Origin: an uncultured Mesohalobacter sp. | GTDB taxonomy: Bacteria > Bacteroidota > Bacteroidia > Flavobacteriales > Flavobacteriaceae | DNA: 64,000 nt | Assembly: GCA_964577705.1 (NCBI GenBank) | Contig: CAZOAD010000007.1 | Coordinates: forward strand, 2,621 to 66,620 | Direction: 5' to 3' | Shown: piece after piece, positions 38,939 to 48,360 of the stretch | Layout: each line of letters begins with the position of its first letter | How positions within the stretch are numbered: position 1 is the first letter of the stretch | The notes under the pieces: generated by a model | Told to the model about the DNA's origin: nothing | Seen by the model: only the letters and a program-made list of their open reading frames with translations | Databases searched by the model: none | Program-made: the position numbers and the translations under genes

Positions 38939-41631
38939 AGGTCTCGTTTTGGTAATTTAACAATCATTTCAGCACCAACACTTACATTGGATTCCGCATA
39001 TATTTCACCTTTATGCATCTCTACAATTTGTTTGCAAATCGCTAGTCCAAAACCACTTCCAATCGGTTTTTTAAAGGTTTGATTCTTGGATTGATAAAAC
39101 TTTTTGAAAATCAAATGAATATCTTCTTCTGGAATTCCCTTGCCATTATCCTTTATAATACATAAGATTTCTTCTGAATTTTCCTCCAGAAAGACTGTTA
39201 TGGTTCCGTTCTTATCTGGAACAAATTTTAATGCATTGGAGAGTAAATTAGTAAAAACTTGTAACATTTTACTATAATCAAATTCGATTCTAACACTGGG
39301 GTTAGAATTGAAACTCACCTCTATGTTTTTTCTTTCGGCTATGCTGCTAATCCCATGAATAGCATCTTCAATACAAGCATTCAAGCTTTGAGACTTCAAG
39401 GTCAATTCGTCTCTCCCAGATGCCATTTTTTCAAGATCTAGGATATCATTGATCAAAACATTTAAGCGTTCTGTATCTTGAATAATATTGCCTAAAAATT
39501 TCTGCTTTAGTTCCATCGGCATCTCCTCTCCTTCCGAAAGAACTTCCGAACTGGCTTTGATGGACGTAATTGGCGTTTTGAGTTCATGAGCCACCGTATC
39601 TAGAAAGTCATCTTTTAGCTGATCTTGAATTTTGAGCTCTTCATTGGCCAACTTCAGTTCTGAAGTCAGTTTGATTAATTTTTGAGATTGTTCTTCCAGT
39701 GACTTATTAACTGATATGGTTTCTCTGTTTTCTTCAAGAATTTTAAGGACTTCAACCAATGATACGGGCTTCTCTTTGGCCACATTAGAAATTAAAATTT
39801 TTGCAGAGGCGCTCCCCACTGCTCCAGTAAGTAAGCGTTCCGAAAAATTAATAAATCTCGCATCTGCAAGTTTATCCTCTGGATTTACGGCATAGCGTTT
39901 TCTAAAAACGCGCAAGGCTTTTTCTGCTTTCACTTGTCCAAGGAAACGAACCAATATATTTTGAATATCCTCAACGTAAGCTTCCCCTTTCCAGACGTAA
40001 GCATTTTCTTTAAGCTCAACAACCTTCTCTGTGTTTACAAACATTTCACCGTAATTACGCTCTCTGTAGTTTCCTTTTTTGATGACAGACAAAATTAGAT
40101 AAGCCCCGGTATTCAATAGTAAACTCCAGTACAAAGCATGGTTTACAGGATTTAAGAAATCTATACCAAAAAGCGTATAAGGTTTAAGCAGGCTATTTCC
40201 AAACAGTCCATTGGTTACAAACTGATTATTACTAAACACATTTTCAGTAAAAAATGGAAGTAAATACGTGAATACGATCATACACATTCCTAAACTAATC
40301 CCAACTTTAGAACCTAGAGCAGAGCCTCGATTCCAAAACATGCCAATGAAAAAACTTGGCGCTAATTGAGCGATAATCAAAAATGAAATGAGTCCAATCG
40401 AAAATAAAGACACCTCTGGATTGAATGACGCATAAAGTAAATAAGCCAGAATTATCGAACTAAAAACACTTACTCTCCTTATGTTTTTGATCGTTTTTTC
40501 ATTATTGAATGATTTTCTTTTAGTAAAGGTTTTGATAAATCCATAAGGGATGATAAGATTGTTACTGAGCATTGTAGAAAGCGCTACTGTAGAAACTACC
40601 ACCATAGAAATTACTGCTGAAAGACCTCCCAGAAAAACCATAACTGCTAGCCAATGATCGTTGAAATGCAAAGGAATAAGTAGAGTAAAATAATCTGCGT
40701 TGGCTTGCTCTCCCAGAATCAATAAGCCTCCCCAGGCTATAAAAATTACAAAGACGTTAAAGAGTAACAAATAAAGCGGGAATAGCCAAATTGAAGTTTT
40801 AAGCTGTTTTCGGTTACTGAATTCAACAACCGATGTTTGGAATTGGCGTGGTAATAAAAAAATGGCTAAAAATGAGAGTGCAATACTAAAATACCAGTTG
40901 ATTCCTCCACTTAATCCACTTAGTGTACTCAACTGCTTTACATCTAAACTGAGACTTGCCTGCTCATAAATATCTGAAGTGCCATCGAACACATAAAAAG
41001 TCACATAAATCCCCACTATGAGGAAAAAAGTCAGTTTCATGACAGATTCAGCTGCGACAGAAAACATCACTCCAGTTCTATTTTTGGAGGCATCTAAAGA
41101 TAGGGTCCCAAAAAATGAAGCAAATATTGCTAAAATCAAGGCAATGTAAAATGTGGAATCTGTAATTACAGAAGAACCTTCAATTCCTAAAGAGGAAGTA
41201 GTGACAATTTCAAATGTTTCAGAAATGGCTTTTAACTGAAGAGAGATATAAGGAATAATGCTGGCAGCACATACAATAGTAACTATTGCTCCAAGAGATC
41301 TACTGTTGCCATACCGAAGAGAAATAAAATCTGCTATGCTGGAAACATTGTAAACCTTAGACAATTGAATTATTTTTTTCAGTACAACAATCCATAGAGG
41401 AGCGGCTATAATTGGGCCTAAATAAATAGTAAGAAATTCTACTCCAGATTTTGCGGCCATACCAACGCTGCCATAATAGGTCCACGCTGAGCAATAGACA
41501 GCAAGCGAGAGTGCATAAACAGCTGGATGAGTCACCAGTTTTGATCCTTTATTTTTTTCAGCAAAAAAGGCGATGAGGAACAAAATTCCCAAGTAGATAA
41601 AAATGAGTGCTATAAGCCCAATTTTACTCAT
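38935..41631 (-). CDS. SLC5 (sodium:solute symporter)-STAC-histidine kinase, CrbS/CbrA-like
   Basis: YALSLAVYCSAWTYYGSVG, IADFISLRYG, PYISLQLKAI, FLLPRQF; STAC-like FSERLLTGAVGSASAKIL; HisKA AHELKTP; HATPase NLLSNALKF, DNGKG, GSGFGL. Confidence 0.92.
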   Translation of the reverse strand: MSKIGLIALIFIYLGILFLIAFFAEKNKGSKLVTHPAVYALSLAVYCSAWTYYGSVGMAAKSGVEFLTIYLGPIIAAPLWIVVLKKIIQLSKVYNVSSIADFISLRYGNSRSLGAIVTIVCAASIIPYISLQLKAISETFEIVTTSSLGIEGSSVITDSTFYIALILAIFASFFGTLSLDASKNRTGVMFSVAAESVMKLTFFLIVGIYVTFYVFDGTSDIYEQASLSLDVKQLSTLSGLSGGINWYFSIALSFLAIFLLPRQFQTSVVEFSNRKQLKTSIWLFPLYLLLFNVFVIFIAWGGLLILGEQANADYFTLLIPLHFNDHWLAVMVFLGGLSAVISMVVVSTVALSTMLSNNLIIPYGFIKTFTKRKSFNNEKTIKNIRRVSVFSSIILAYLLYASFNPEVSLFSIGLISFLIIAQLAPSFFIGMFWNRGSALGSKVGISLGMCMIVFTYLLPFFTENVFSNNQFVTNGLFGNSLLKPYTLFGIDFLNPVNHALYWSLLLNTGAYLILSVIKKGNYRERNYGEMFVNTEKVVELKENAYVWKGEAYVEDIQNILVRFLGQVKAEKALRVFRKRYAVNPEDKLADARFINFSERLLTGAVGSASAKILISNVAKEKPVSLVEVLKILEENRETISVNKSLEEQSQKLIKLTSELKLANEELKIQDQLKDDFLDTVAHELKTPITSIKASSEVLSEGEEMPMELKQKFLGNIIQDTERLNVLINDILDLEKMASGRDELTLKSQSLNACIEDAIHGISSIAERKNIEVSFNSNPSVRIEFDYSKMLQVFTNLLSNALKFVPDKNGTITVFLEENSEEILCIIKDNGKGIPEEDIHLIFKKFYQSKNQTFKKPIGSGFGLAICKQIVEMHKGEIYAESNVSVGAEMIVKLPKRDL

Positions 41632-41825
41632 TAATCTGAATATTTTTTAAGAATTAAAAAGGAAATACTTATGCCTAGCGCCCAAATGATGAAAATAAAG
41701 AAATATAACAACGGAAACCCCAGTACCGAAGAAACCTGGTTAAATGCAAAAATCAATGGTACATTGAACAACAAGATCAACCCAAAGCTCAAAAAAATAA
41801 GTTTTTGTTGATGTCTTTTTTTCAT
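41631..41825 (-). CDS. Small two-TM protein translationally coupled to the SLC5 kinase
   Basis: 64 aa, two hydrophobic helices (LFNVPL, LGFPLLYFFIF); TAATG stop/start overlap with the kinase. Confidence 0.75.
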   Translation of the reverse strand: MKKRHQQKLIFLSFGLILLFNVPLIFAFNQVSSVLGFPLLYFFIFIIWALGISISFLILKKYSD

Positions 41826-41855
41826 TTCTTAATATTAGATCTTGAAATTAATTAA

Positions 41856-41900
41856 AATTCAGAAGAGAGTGAGTACTTAGTTCCCACTCTCTTTTGAATT
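41856..41900 (-). terminator. Hairpin after the ActP-like symporter
   Basis: AATTCAGAAGAGAGTG / CACTCTCTTTTGAATT inverted repeat. Confidence 0.6.
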
Positions 41901-41911
41901 AATGAATTAAA

Positions 41912-43702
41912 TTAATGCTCAGTAGCTTCTCCTGCTCCGCTTGGTATTCTTATGTTTTCAACAATCTCCTGAACGTCCTGAGGTGTTTCTTTGGTGAATT
42001 GGCAAACGATAAGTGAAACCACAAAGTTTACAATCATAGCAATAGACCCGAAACCTTCTGGAGAAACTCCAAACCACCAGTCTTTTTCAGTACCACCACC
42101 AAAGAGATCAAATTTGAATTTCAGCATATAGAATAACATCAAACATACCCCTACAATCATACCTGAAACAGCTCCTTCTCTGTTCATTTTTTTATAGAAT
42201 ATACCCAACACAATTGCTGGGAAAAACGAGGCAGCCGCGAGACCAAAAGCTAGCGCAACTACTGCCGCTACAAAACCTGGAGGGTTAATCCCGAAATAAC
42301 CGGCAATAACTACTGCTCCAGTTGCCGAAAGACGAGCAGCTATTAATTCTCCTTTATCGCTAATGCTTGGCTTTATTATTTTCTTGATCAAGTCATGTGA
42401 AACAGACGATGAAATCACTAAAAGCAATCCTGCAGCTGTAGAAAGCGCTGCAGCCAAACATCCAGCAGCTACCAGAGCAATTACCCAATTTGGTAATTCT
42501 GCAATTTCAGGATTAGCCATCACCATAATGTCATTGTCTACATAGAGTTCGTTAGCATTATCTGATGGATTAGTTACTATTCGCTCTCCACTATTTCCCA
42601 ATGTACCTTCGGCAAATTCAGGAGTTTTCCCATCAATTGCTTTACCCCCATTTTTATTTGGTCCTAAATATTGAATTTTACCATCATTGTTTTTATCGGC
42701 CCAGCCTATTAATCCTAAACTCTCCCAATTGGTAAACCACTCTGGTAATTCTTCATAAGGCTTTTCACTAACCGTATCGATCAGGTTAAGTTTTGAAAAA
42801 ACAGATACAGCAGGAGCGGTGATGTAAAGTATTGCGATAAACAGCAAGGCATAACCAGCAGATTTTCTTGCATCTTTTACTCTTTTCACTGTGAAAAATC
42901 TTACAATGACATGAGGGAGTCCTGCAGTTCCTACCATAAGTGCTAAAGTAATAGCTATAACATCAATCATACTTTTGGAGCCATCTGTATATTTATTAAA
43001 GCCTAACTCTTGACTTAGCCCATCTAACTTATCTAAAAGATATACATCTGGTTGGCTAACTACAGTATCTCCCATACCTAACATAGGGATTGGATTTCCA
43101 GTAAGTTGAATAGATATAAAAATAGCTGGAACCATAAAGGCAAAAATCAACACGCAGTACTGAGCCACCTGAGTATAAGTGATACCTTTCATTCCTCCTA
43201 AAACGGCATAAAAAAGAACAATCACCATCCCGATGTAAACTCCGGTATTAATTTCTACTTCCAAAAATCTTGAAAATACGACGCCTACCCCACGCATTTG
43301 ACCAGCTACATATGTAAAGGATACAATAAGCGCACAAAAAACGGCAACAATTCTAGCGGTCTTTGAGTAATATCGGTCACCAATAAAATCGGGAACTGTA
43401 AACTTTCCAAATTTTCTGAGGTAGGGCGCCAACAATAGAGCTAGAAGCACATAGCCACCAGTCCACCCCATCAGGTATGTAGCACCATCATAGCCCATAA
43501 AAGCTATAATACCTGCCATCGAAATGAAAGAGGCAGCAGACATCCAGTCTGCAGCAGTAGCCATTCCGTTAGCGATTGGACCAACGCCACCTCCTGCAAC
43601 ATAAAAATCCTTAGTAGATCCAGCACGAGACCAGATGGCAATTCCGATGTAAAGTGCAAATGAGGCACCTACAATAATATAAGTTAATAGTTGAGCATCC
43701 AT
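41912..43702 (-). CDS. Sodium:solute symporter, ActP-like (acetate/monocarboxylate permease)
   Basis: FYVAGGGV, NGMATAADWMSAASFISMAG, GGMKGITYTQVAQY, GTAGLPHVIVRFFT, AAALSTAAGLL. Confidence 0.92.
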   Translation of the reverse strand: MDAQLLTYIIVGASFALYIGIAIWSRAGSTKDFYVAGGGVGPIANGMATAADWMSAASFISMAGIIAFMGYDGATYLMGWTGGYVLLALLLAPYLRKFGKFTVPDFIGDRYYSKTARIVAVFCALIVSFTYVAGQMRGVGVVFSRFLEVEINTGVYIGMVIVLFYAVLGGMKGITYTQVAQYCVLIFAFMVPAIFISIQLTGNPIPMLGMGDTVVSQPDVYLLDKLDGLSQELGFNKYTDGSKSMIDVIAITLALMVGTAGLPHVIVRFFTVKRVKDARKSAGYALLFIAILYITAPAVSVFSKLNLIDTVSEKPYEELPEWFTNWESLGLIGWADKNNDGKIQYLGPNKNGGKAIDGKTPEFAEGTLGNSGERIVTNPSDNANELYVDNDIMVMANPEIAELPNWVIALVAAGCLAAALSTAAGLLLVISSSVSHDLIKKIIKPSISDKGELIAARLSATGAVVIAGYFGINPPGFVAAVVALAFGLAAASFFPAIVLGIFYKKMNREGAVSGMIVGVCLMLFYMLKFKFDLFGGGTEKDWWFGVSPEGFGSIAMIVNFVVSLIVCQFTKETPQDVQEIVENIRIPSGAGEATEH

Positions 43703-43714
43703 AGTTTTGGTTTT

Positions 43715-43975
43715 TTATTCGTCGTATCCGTATTTTTTATCCAGTTTATTCATCAATCTTACGTACACGAAAATGAGAATTACGAATACATAAATTGAAC
43801 CTTGTTGTGCGAACCAAAACCCGAGTTTAAATCCTCCCAAAGTAAATTGATCGAGCCAGTCCTTAAAAAGAATTCCTGCTCCATAAGAGACTGAAAACCA
43901 AATACTGAGGAGTATGTATAAATACCTCACATTTTCTTTCCAGTAGGCTACTGCGTTTTTGTCTTTGTTTTTCAT
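43715..43975 (-). CDS. DUF4212 small subunit of the solute symporter
   Basis: YWKEN, GFKLGFWFAQQGSIYVF, MNKLDKKY. Confidence 0.9.
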   Translation of the reverse strand: MKNKDKNAVAYWKENVRYLYILLSIWFSVSYGAGILFKDWLDQFTLGGFKLGFWFAQQGSIYVFVILIFVYVRLMNKLDKKYGYDE

Positions 43976-43986
43976 TGTTTTAAGAT

Positions 43987-45204
43987 TTATAGGTATATCA
44001 TTGCTTGCAAATTAATTCTATTGGTAGTTTGTCCTAAAAAACGCTCATTCTGAAATTCCAAGGTTAACTTTGAATTATGACCATTCAAATAGGCATTGAT
44101 ACCCAGTCCAAATATTGTTCTATCTTGATTGGAGGCATCTATAAAAGTATGGTTGTAAGATGTATAAGGCTGAATTCGAGTAGAGGAAATAGATTTTGGC
44201 AACAAATATCCAAGATGAGCGTACAGCATTTCTCCTGAAGAATAAGGTCCCAAAAGGTAATTAGTTCCGTAGTCATTGGACTGAAATACAGCATAACCCG
44301 TTAAAGAAGAACCATTACTCCCAACTGGCGTGTCGTAAAAAACATCGGCTGCAAAGAGATTTACATTTTCTCCTGTAGGTTGATCATTATCAAGTATAAC
44401 GGAGCCATTGGGGTGATGAAAAAAACCAGCACCAATATTAAATATGCGTTGTGTACCCAAATAAGTTCCCACCTTATAAGGAAGAAAATTACTTTCCAGG
44501 TTGAAAAAATTATAAGCGAAATATCCCGTATAAGTTTTACCAGCTTCGGCTGTACCAAGAAGATTGGCTCCTTGATATGTTGCACTAGTACTCGAAAGGG
44601 ATCTAGCATCGAGACTATTTATTAGGGCTTCGTTGATGGCAACATTATATTGAAGCTTTCCAAAATTACCTTTGGCAAAGATTCCAATATGTCTTGCAAA
44701 TTGATCTGTAAGTCCTAAAGTGGCCCAGGACGCTCGATTATTGTCCAAGGTCATCAAGTTAAGTGTACCTTGTGAATTTAATCTTGATAAACCATTCCAG
44801 TAATGCAGTCCACCACCTAAAACATGCTGTTCTGTTACATTATACTGTGCCCAGGCATCGTGCATAAAAACTTGAGGAGCACCATCTGCACCAACTGGAT
44901 CCATATTGGTAGCATTTAAACTGTTGATGCCAATGTGAGTTAAAACAAGAAAATCTTTAGTGATTTGACCATAAACCAGCAGCCTTGCTCTTCTTAATTG
45001 AAAAGAAACATCCGCTTGGTCTTCTGGTCGAGAATCCGAATAATTGGCCTGGGCTTGAACCCAGGTTAAAATTCTGATGTACTTATTATCGTTGTCTTCA
45101 AACTTTATTTTGAAGCCTCCTTTATAATAAGGTGACCCTTGAGAAAAAGCATTATTACTAGATAACGCGATAATTAATACTAAAAATGTAATATAATGTC
45201 TCAT
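43987..45204 (-). CDS. Outer-membrane porin-like protein
   Basis: Signal peptide; FQLRRARL, MHDAWAQY, GLHYWNGLSR, GHNSKLTLEFQ; beta-strand C-terminus. Confidence 0.7.
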   Translation of the reverse strand: MRHYITFLVLIIALSSNNAFSQGSPYYKGGFKIKFEDNDNKYIRILTWVQAQANYSDSRPEDQADVSFQLRRARLLVYGQITKDFLVLTHIGINSLNATNMDPVGADGAPQVFMHDAWAQYNVTEQHVLGGGLHYWNGLSRLNSQGTLNLMTLDNNRASWATLGLTDQFARHIGIFAKGNFGKLQYNVAINEALINSLDARSLSSTSATYQGANLLGTAEAGKTYTGYFAYNFFNLESNFLPYKVGTYLGTQRIFNIGAGFFHHPNGSVILDNDQPTGENVNLFAADVFYDTPVGSNGSSLTGYAVFQSNDYGTNYLLGPYSSGEMLYAHLGYLLPKSISSTRIQPYTSYNHTFIDASNQDRTIFGLGINAYLNGHNSKLTLEFQNERFLGQTTNRINLQAMIYL

Positions 45205-45316
45205 CTCGTAACAAGTTTTTAATTTTTTACAGTATTCCTTACTGATAACTTGAAACGAACTTCAATCAATTTATTTGTTAAATAAAATACAATATATATT
45301 TGTGTAAAGAGTATAT

Positions 45317-45730
45317 CTAATCTTTAAACCGTTCCCATTTGATGACCATAAATTTATCACCAAGTTCAGTAACAATCATTCCAGAACCTTTGGTATTTTC
45401 TGAAGAGGAAAAATACTGGCCAAGCTCACTCTGACTTAATATCTTGTAGGTGGGATGCATATCTGTATTTTCAACCTTCTGTATATTGTACTTCTTAACC
45501 CAGTTCATCACACTCACATGAGAAATCCCTAAAATCCGCTCGATTTCACGATAAGTTAAGCCTTCCAAATAAAGCTGCAAAGCTTTGGTTACATAGTATT
45601 GATCGATCTTCTTCCCCAGCTTATTCACTGTAAAAAAGTAATTACAAGATTTGCACTTGTAGCGTTGACGGTCGTTTACAATACCACTTTTAACAATTTT
45701 ATCTGATTGACATTGCGGACAAAATTTCAT
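45317..45730 (-). CDS. IS1 InsA-like Zn-ribbon + HTH protein with a unique C-terminus; no transposase core
   Basis: CPQCQSDKIVKSG...QRYKCKSC ribbon; ALQLYLEGLTYREIERILGISHVSVMNWVK HTH. Confidence 0.8.
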   Translation of the reverse strand: MKFCPQCQSDKIVKSGIVNDRQRYKCKSCNYFFTVNKLGKKIDQYYVTKALQLYLEGLTYREIERILGISHVSVMNWVKKYNIQKVENTDMHPTYKILSQSELGQYFSSSENTKGSGMIVTELGDKFMVIKWERFKD

Positions 45731-45755
45731 ATATATTTATTTTGCATAAATATAT
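45731..45755. promoter_or_regulatory. Perfect inverted repeat abutting the start codon of the InsA-like gene
   Basis: ATATATTTAT-TTTGC-ATAAATATAT. Confidence 0.4.
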
Positions 45756-45818
45756 CAATTTAGCAACATATTATAAATGAATTTTAAAAAAACAAAAACA
45801 ATACAAGATTGGATAATC

Positions 45819-45853
45819 AAAAAACCCTGATTTAAAATTTCAATCAGGGCTTT
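45819..45853 (-). terminator. Terminator after bshB1
   Basis: CCCTGATT / AATCAGGG stem; the A-run reads as a U-tract on the minus strand. Confidence 0.7.
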
Positions 45854-45874
45854 AAAACTTGAAAAAGACGCTTT

Positions 45875-46591
45875 CTATATTAAATCAAATATAGAATTTA
45901 CAGCTGGATAACGCTCCACGGTGAATCCTTCTGCATGTTCAGTTCCGATAATTCTTCCGAGATTTCTAGCTCTGTAGGTAATGCTGTCAAAAAAGTTTGA
46001 ACTCGAAATAGGTGTTTCGGGTTCTTTGCTTTGGGTATCATAAAACTGAGTTTTATAAGCTTTAACACAGGCTAGCTTCTTATCCATAAAGCCTGTGATA
46101 TCCACTACCACATCAGGTTCTATTTCATACCATTGAATATAGTGGTAAACCAATTTTGGCCTCCACTCCTTTTGAGTATTCCCCTCACAAATGGTTTCAA
46201 TTTTCTTTAAGCCACTCAAAAAACAGGAATCACTTACAAGCTGACTCCCTTTTCCATGATCTATATGTCGGTCTCTTATCGCATTACATAAAATCACATC
46301 GGGCCTGTATTTTCTAATAACTTTGATGATTTCTAGTTGATGAGCCGTATTATTTGTAAAAAAACCATCGCTAAACTCAAGGTTTTTTCTCATGCTCACA
46401 CCAAGGATTTCCGCAGCTTTTTCAGCTTCTGCATCTCGGGTTTCAGCAGTACCACGCGTTCCTAGTTCGCCACGTGTCAGATCCAGAATTCCAACTTTCT
46501 TACCGTTGCTTATTTCTTTAGCTATGGTTCCAGAACAACTCAGTTCCACATCATCTGGATGAGCACCAATAGCCAATATATCTAATTTCAT
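45875..46591 (-). CDS. bshB1: Bacillithiol biosynthesis deacetylase (PIG-L family)
   Basis: AHPDDVELSCSG, DLTRGELGTRG, DRHIDH, KAYKTQF, AEGF. Confidence 0.9.
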   Translation of the reverse strand: MKLDILAIGAHPDDVELSCSGTIAKEISNGKKVGILDLTRGELGTRGTAETRDAEAEKAAEILGVSMRKNLEFSDGFFTNNTAHQLEIIKVIRKYRPDVILCNAIRDRHIDHGKGSQLVSDSCFLSGLKKIETICEGNTQKEWRPKLVYHYIQWYEIEPDVVVDITGFMDKKLACVKAYKTQFYDTQSKEPETPISSSNFFDSITYRARNLGRIIGTEHAEGFTVERYPAVNSIFDLI

Positions 46592-46594
46592 AAT

Positions 46595-48067
46595 TTACTT
46601 TTTTGTCAATTTTCTTATCTTGATATTGAAGGCAGCGAAGACCAAAGTTACAAATGGGCTTAAGTAATTGAATATGGCATAGAAAAAGTAATCAACCACT
46701 GGTACTCCTAAAACTCCGCTATGATAAGCGCCGCAAGTATTCCATGGAATCAATACTGAAGTTACTGTTCCAGAATCTTCCAGGGTTCGACTCAAATTTT
46801 CGGGAGCCAGTCCCTTCTTCTCATATGCTTTTGCAAACATCTTTCCTGGCACAACAATGGCCAGGTATTGGTCGGATGCAGTCAGATTTAAGGCCAAACA
46901 ACTCGAAACCGTACTGAAAAACAAACCAAACGTAGACGTAAATAGCTTTAACAAAGCTTCGCTTATTCGTTCTAAAGCTCCAATAGCATCCATAATTCCA
47001 CCAAAAACCATGGCACAAATAATCAACCAAATGGTTCCTAGCATTCCATACATGCCCCCTGCAGAAAACAAATCTTGTAAAGACTCATTTTCTGTAGGAA
47101 TAGAAATACTTACAGTAATCGAGTCTATGATTCCACGATAGGCCGTTTCAAAAGTAAGCACTTCTCCTCCTCCGATCATTTTTACCAGCTCAGGTTGAAA
47201 GACTAAAGCTGCTACAGCAGCCAGGAGTGTACCTAAAAGTAGAGCAATTAAAGGCGGAGTTTTCTTTACAATTAAGATAATAACTAAAACCGGAACTACA
47301 AATAGCCATCCGGATACATTAAAGGAAGATTCTATACTCCCTAGAATTTCGTTGGGATTGGTTTGACCTGACGTATCCAGATTTAAACCTATAATGATGA
47401 ATACAATTAAAGTCACAATAATAGTGGGGACAGTGGTAATTGTCATATATCTAATGTGTGTAAACAAATCTGTACCAGCCATTGCTGGAGCTAAATTTGT
47501 AGTGTCACTCATAGGAGATAATTTGTCACCAAAATAACCTCCAGAGAGAACTGCCCCTGCAGTCATCCCTACAGATACCCCAAGCGCTTCAGCTATACCA
47601 ATTAAAGCAATACCTACTGTTGCAGAGGTGGTCCAGCTACTTCCTGTTGCTATGGATATAACCGAACAAATTACGACGCATGCAGCTAGAAATATAGTGG
47701 GATTTAAGATTTGTAATCCATAATAAATCATGGTTGGAATAATACCGCTTAAAAGCCAAGTCCCGGCTAGTGCACCTACCATCAGCAAAATCAAAATAGG
47801 CTCGGTGGTAGATTTCACGTTCTTAGCTACATCTTCAATCATCGTTTCAAACTTGGCACCCTTGGAAACACCTACAATTGCTGCCACTGCAGCTCCCATA
47901 AGTAAGATAAACTGATTAGAGCCATTAAGTGAATCATCGCCATAAACGAAGACATTATAAGCCAACATCCCTATAAGGGCTATCACGGGAATTAAAGCTT
48001 GCCAAATACTTAGTCTTATTTTAGAGTTGGATAGTTCTTCTTCAGAAGCATTCAAGGAATCACTCAT
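46595..48067 (-). CDS. nhaC: Na+/H+ antiporter NhaC family
   Basis: TGSSWTT, GAVLSGGYFGDKLSPMSDTTNLA, LSRTLEDSGT, LIPWNTCG. Confidence 0.92.
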   Translation of the reverse strand: MSDSLNASEEELSNSKIRLSIWQALIPVIALIGMLAYNVFVYGDDSLNGSNQFILLMGAAVAAIVGVSKGAKFETMIEDVAKNVKSTTEPILILLMVGALAGTWLLSGIIPTMIYYGLQILNPTIFLAACVVICSVISIATGSSWTTSATVGIALIGIAEALGVSVGMTAGAVLSGGYFGDKLSPMSDTTNLAPAMAGTDLFTHIRYMTITTVPTIIVTLIVFIIIGLNLDTSGQTNPNEILGSIESSFNVSGWLFVVPVLVIILIVKKTPPLIALLLGTLLAAVAALVFQPELVKMIGGGEVLTFETAYRGIIDSITVSISIPTENESLQDLFSAGGMYGMLGTIWLIICAMVFGGIMDAIGALERISEALLKLFTSTFGLFFSTVSSCLALNLTASDQYLAIVVPGKMFAKAYEKKGLAPENLSRTLEDSGTVTSVLIPWNTCGAYHSGVLGVPVVDYFFYAIFNYLSPFVTLVFAAFNIKIRKLTKK

Positions 48068-48360
48068 ATCAAGGATTTAAAATCGACGTAATGTTACAAT
48101 TTTGTAATATATTTTACAAAACAAAGCTTGAGTTTTATGTAGGGCTATACCACAAAACATTCTTTTCTAAGAGGGCATTATCAAAAAAACTAACTTATCC
48201 AATAAATCCACTTCTGTTCCTAAGGAACTCTTTTTTAGCGCAAAAGAGTTCAAATGAAAACTAACTAAGAATTTAACAAGGATTTCAAGGGATTCAATTG
48301 CCCTTTGTGATAGAAGGTGTAAATTTGTAATACTTTATTTTAGAAATTAAAATTCGTTTT

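Noticed and set aside
45317..45730. Active IS1-family insertion sequence
   Set aside because: No InsB/DDE frame, slippery site, terminal inverted repeats or target duplication seen; the next gene is a porin.
34454..45755. Genomic island integrated at tRNA-His
   Set aside because: The locus lies on the 5' side of the tRNA; no integrase, no duplicated tRNA 3' end seen, and no obvious compositional shift.
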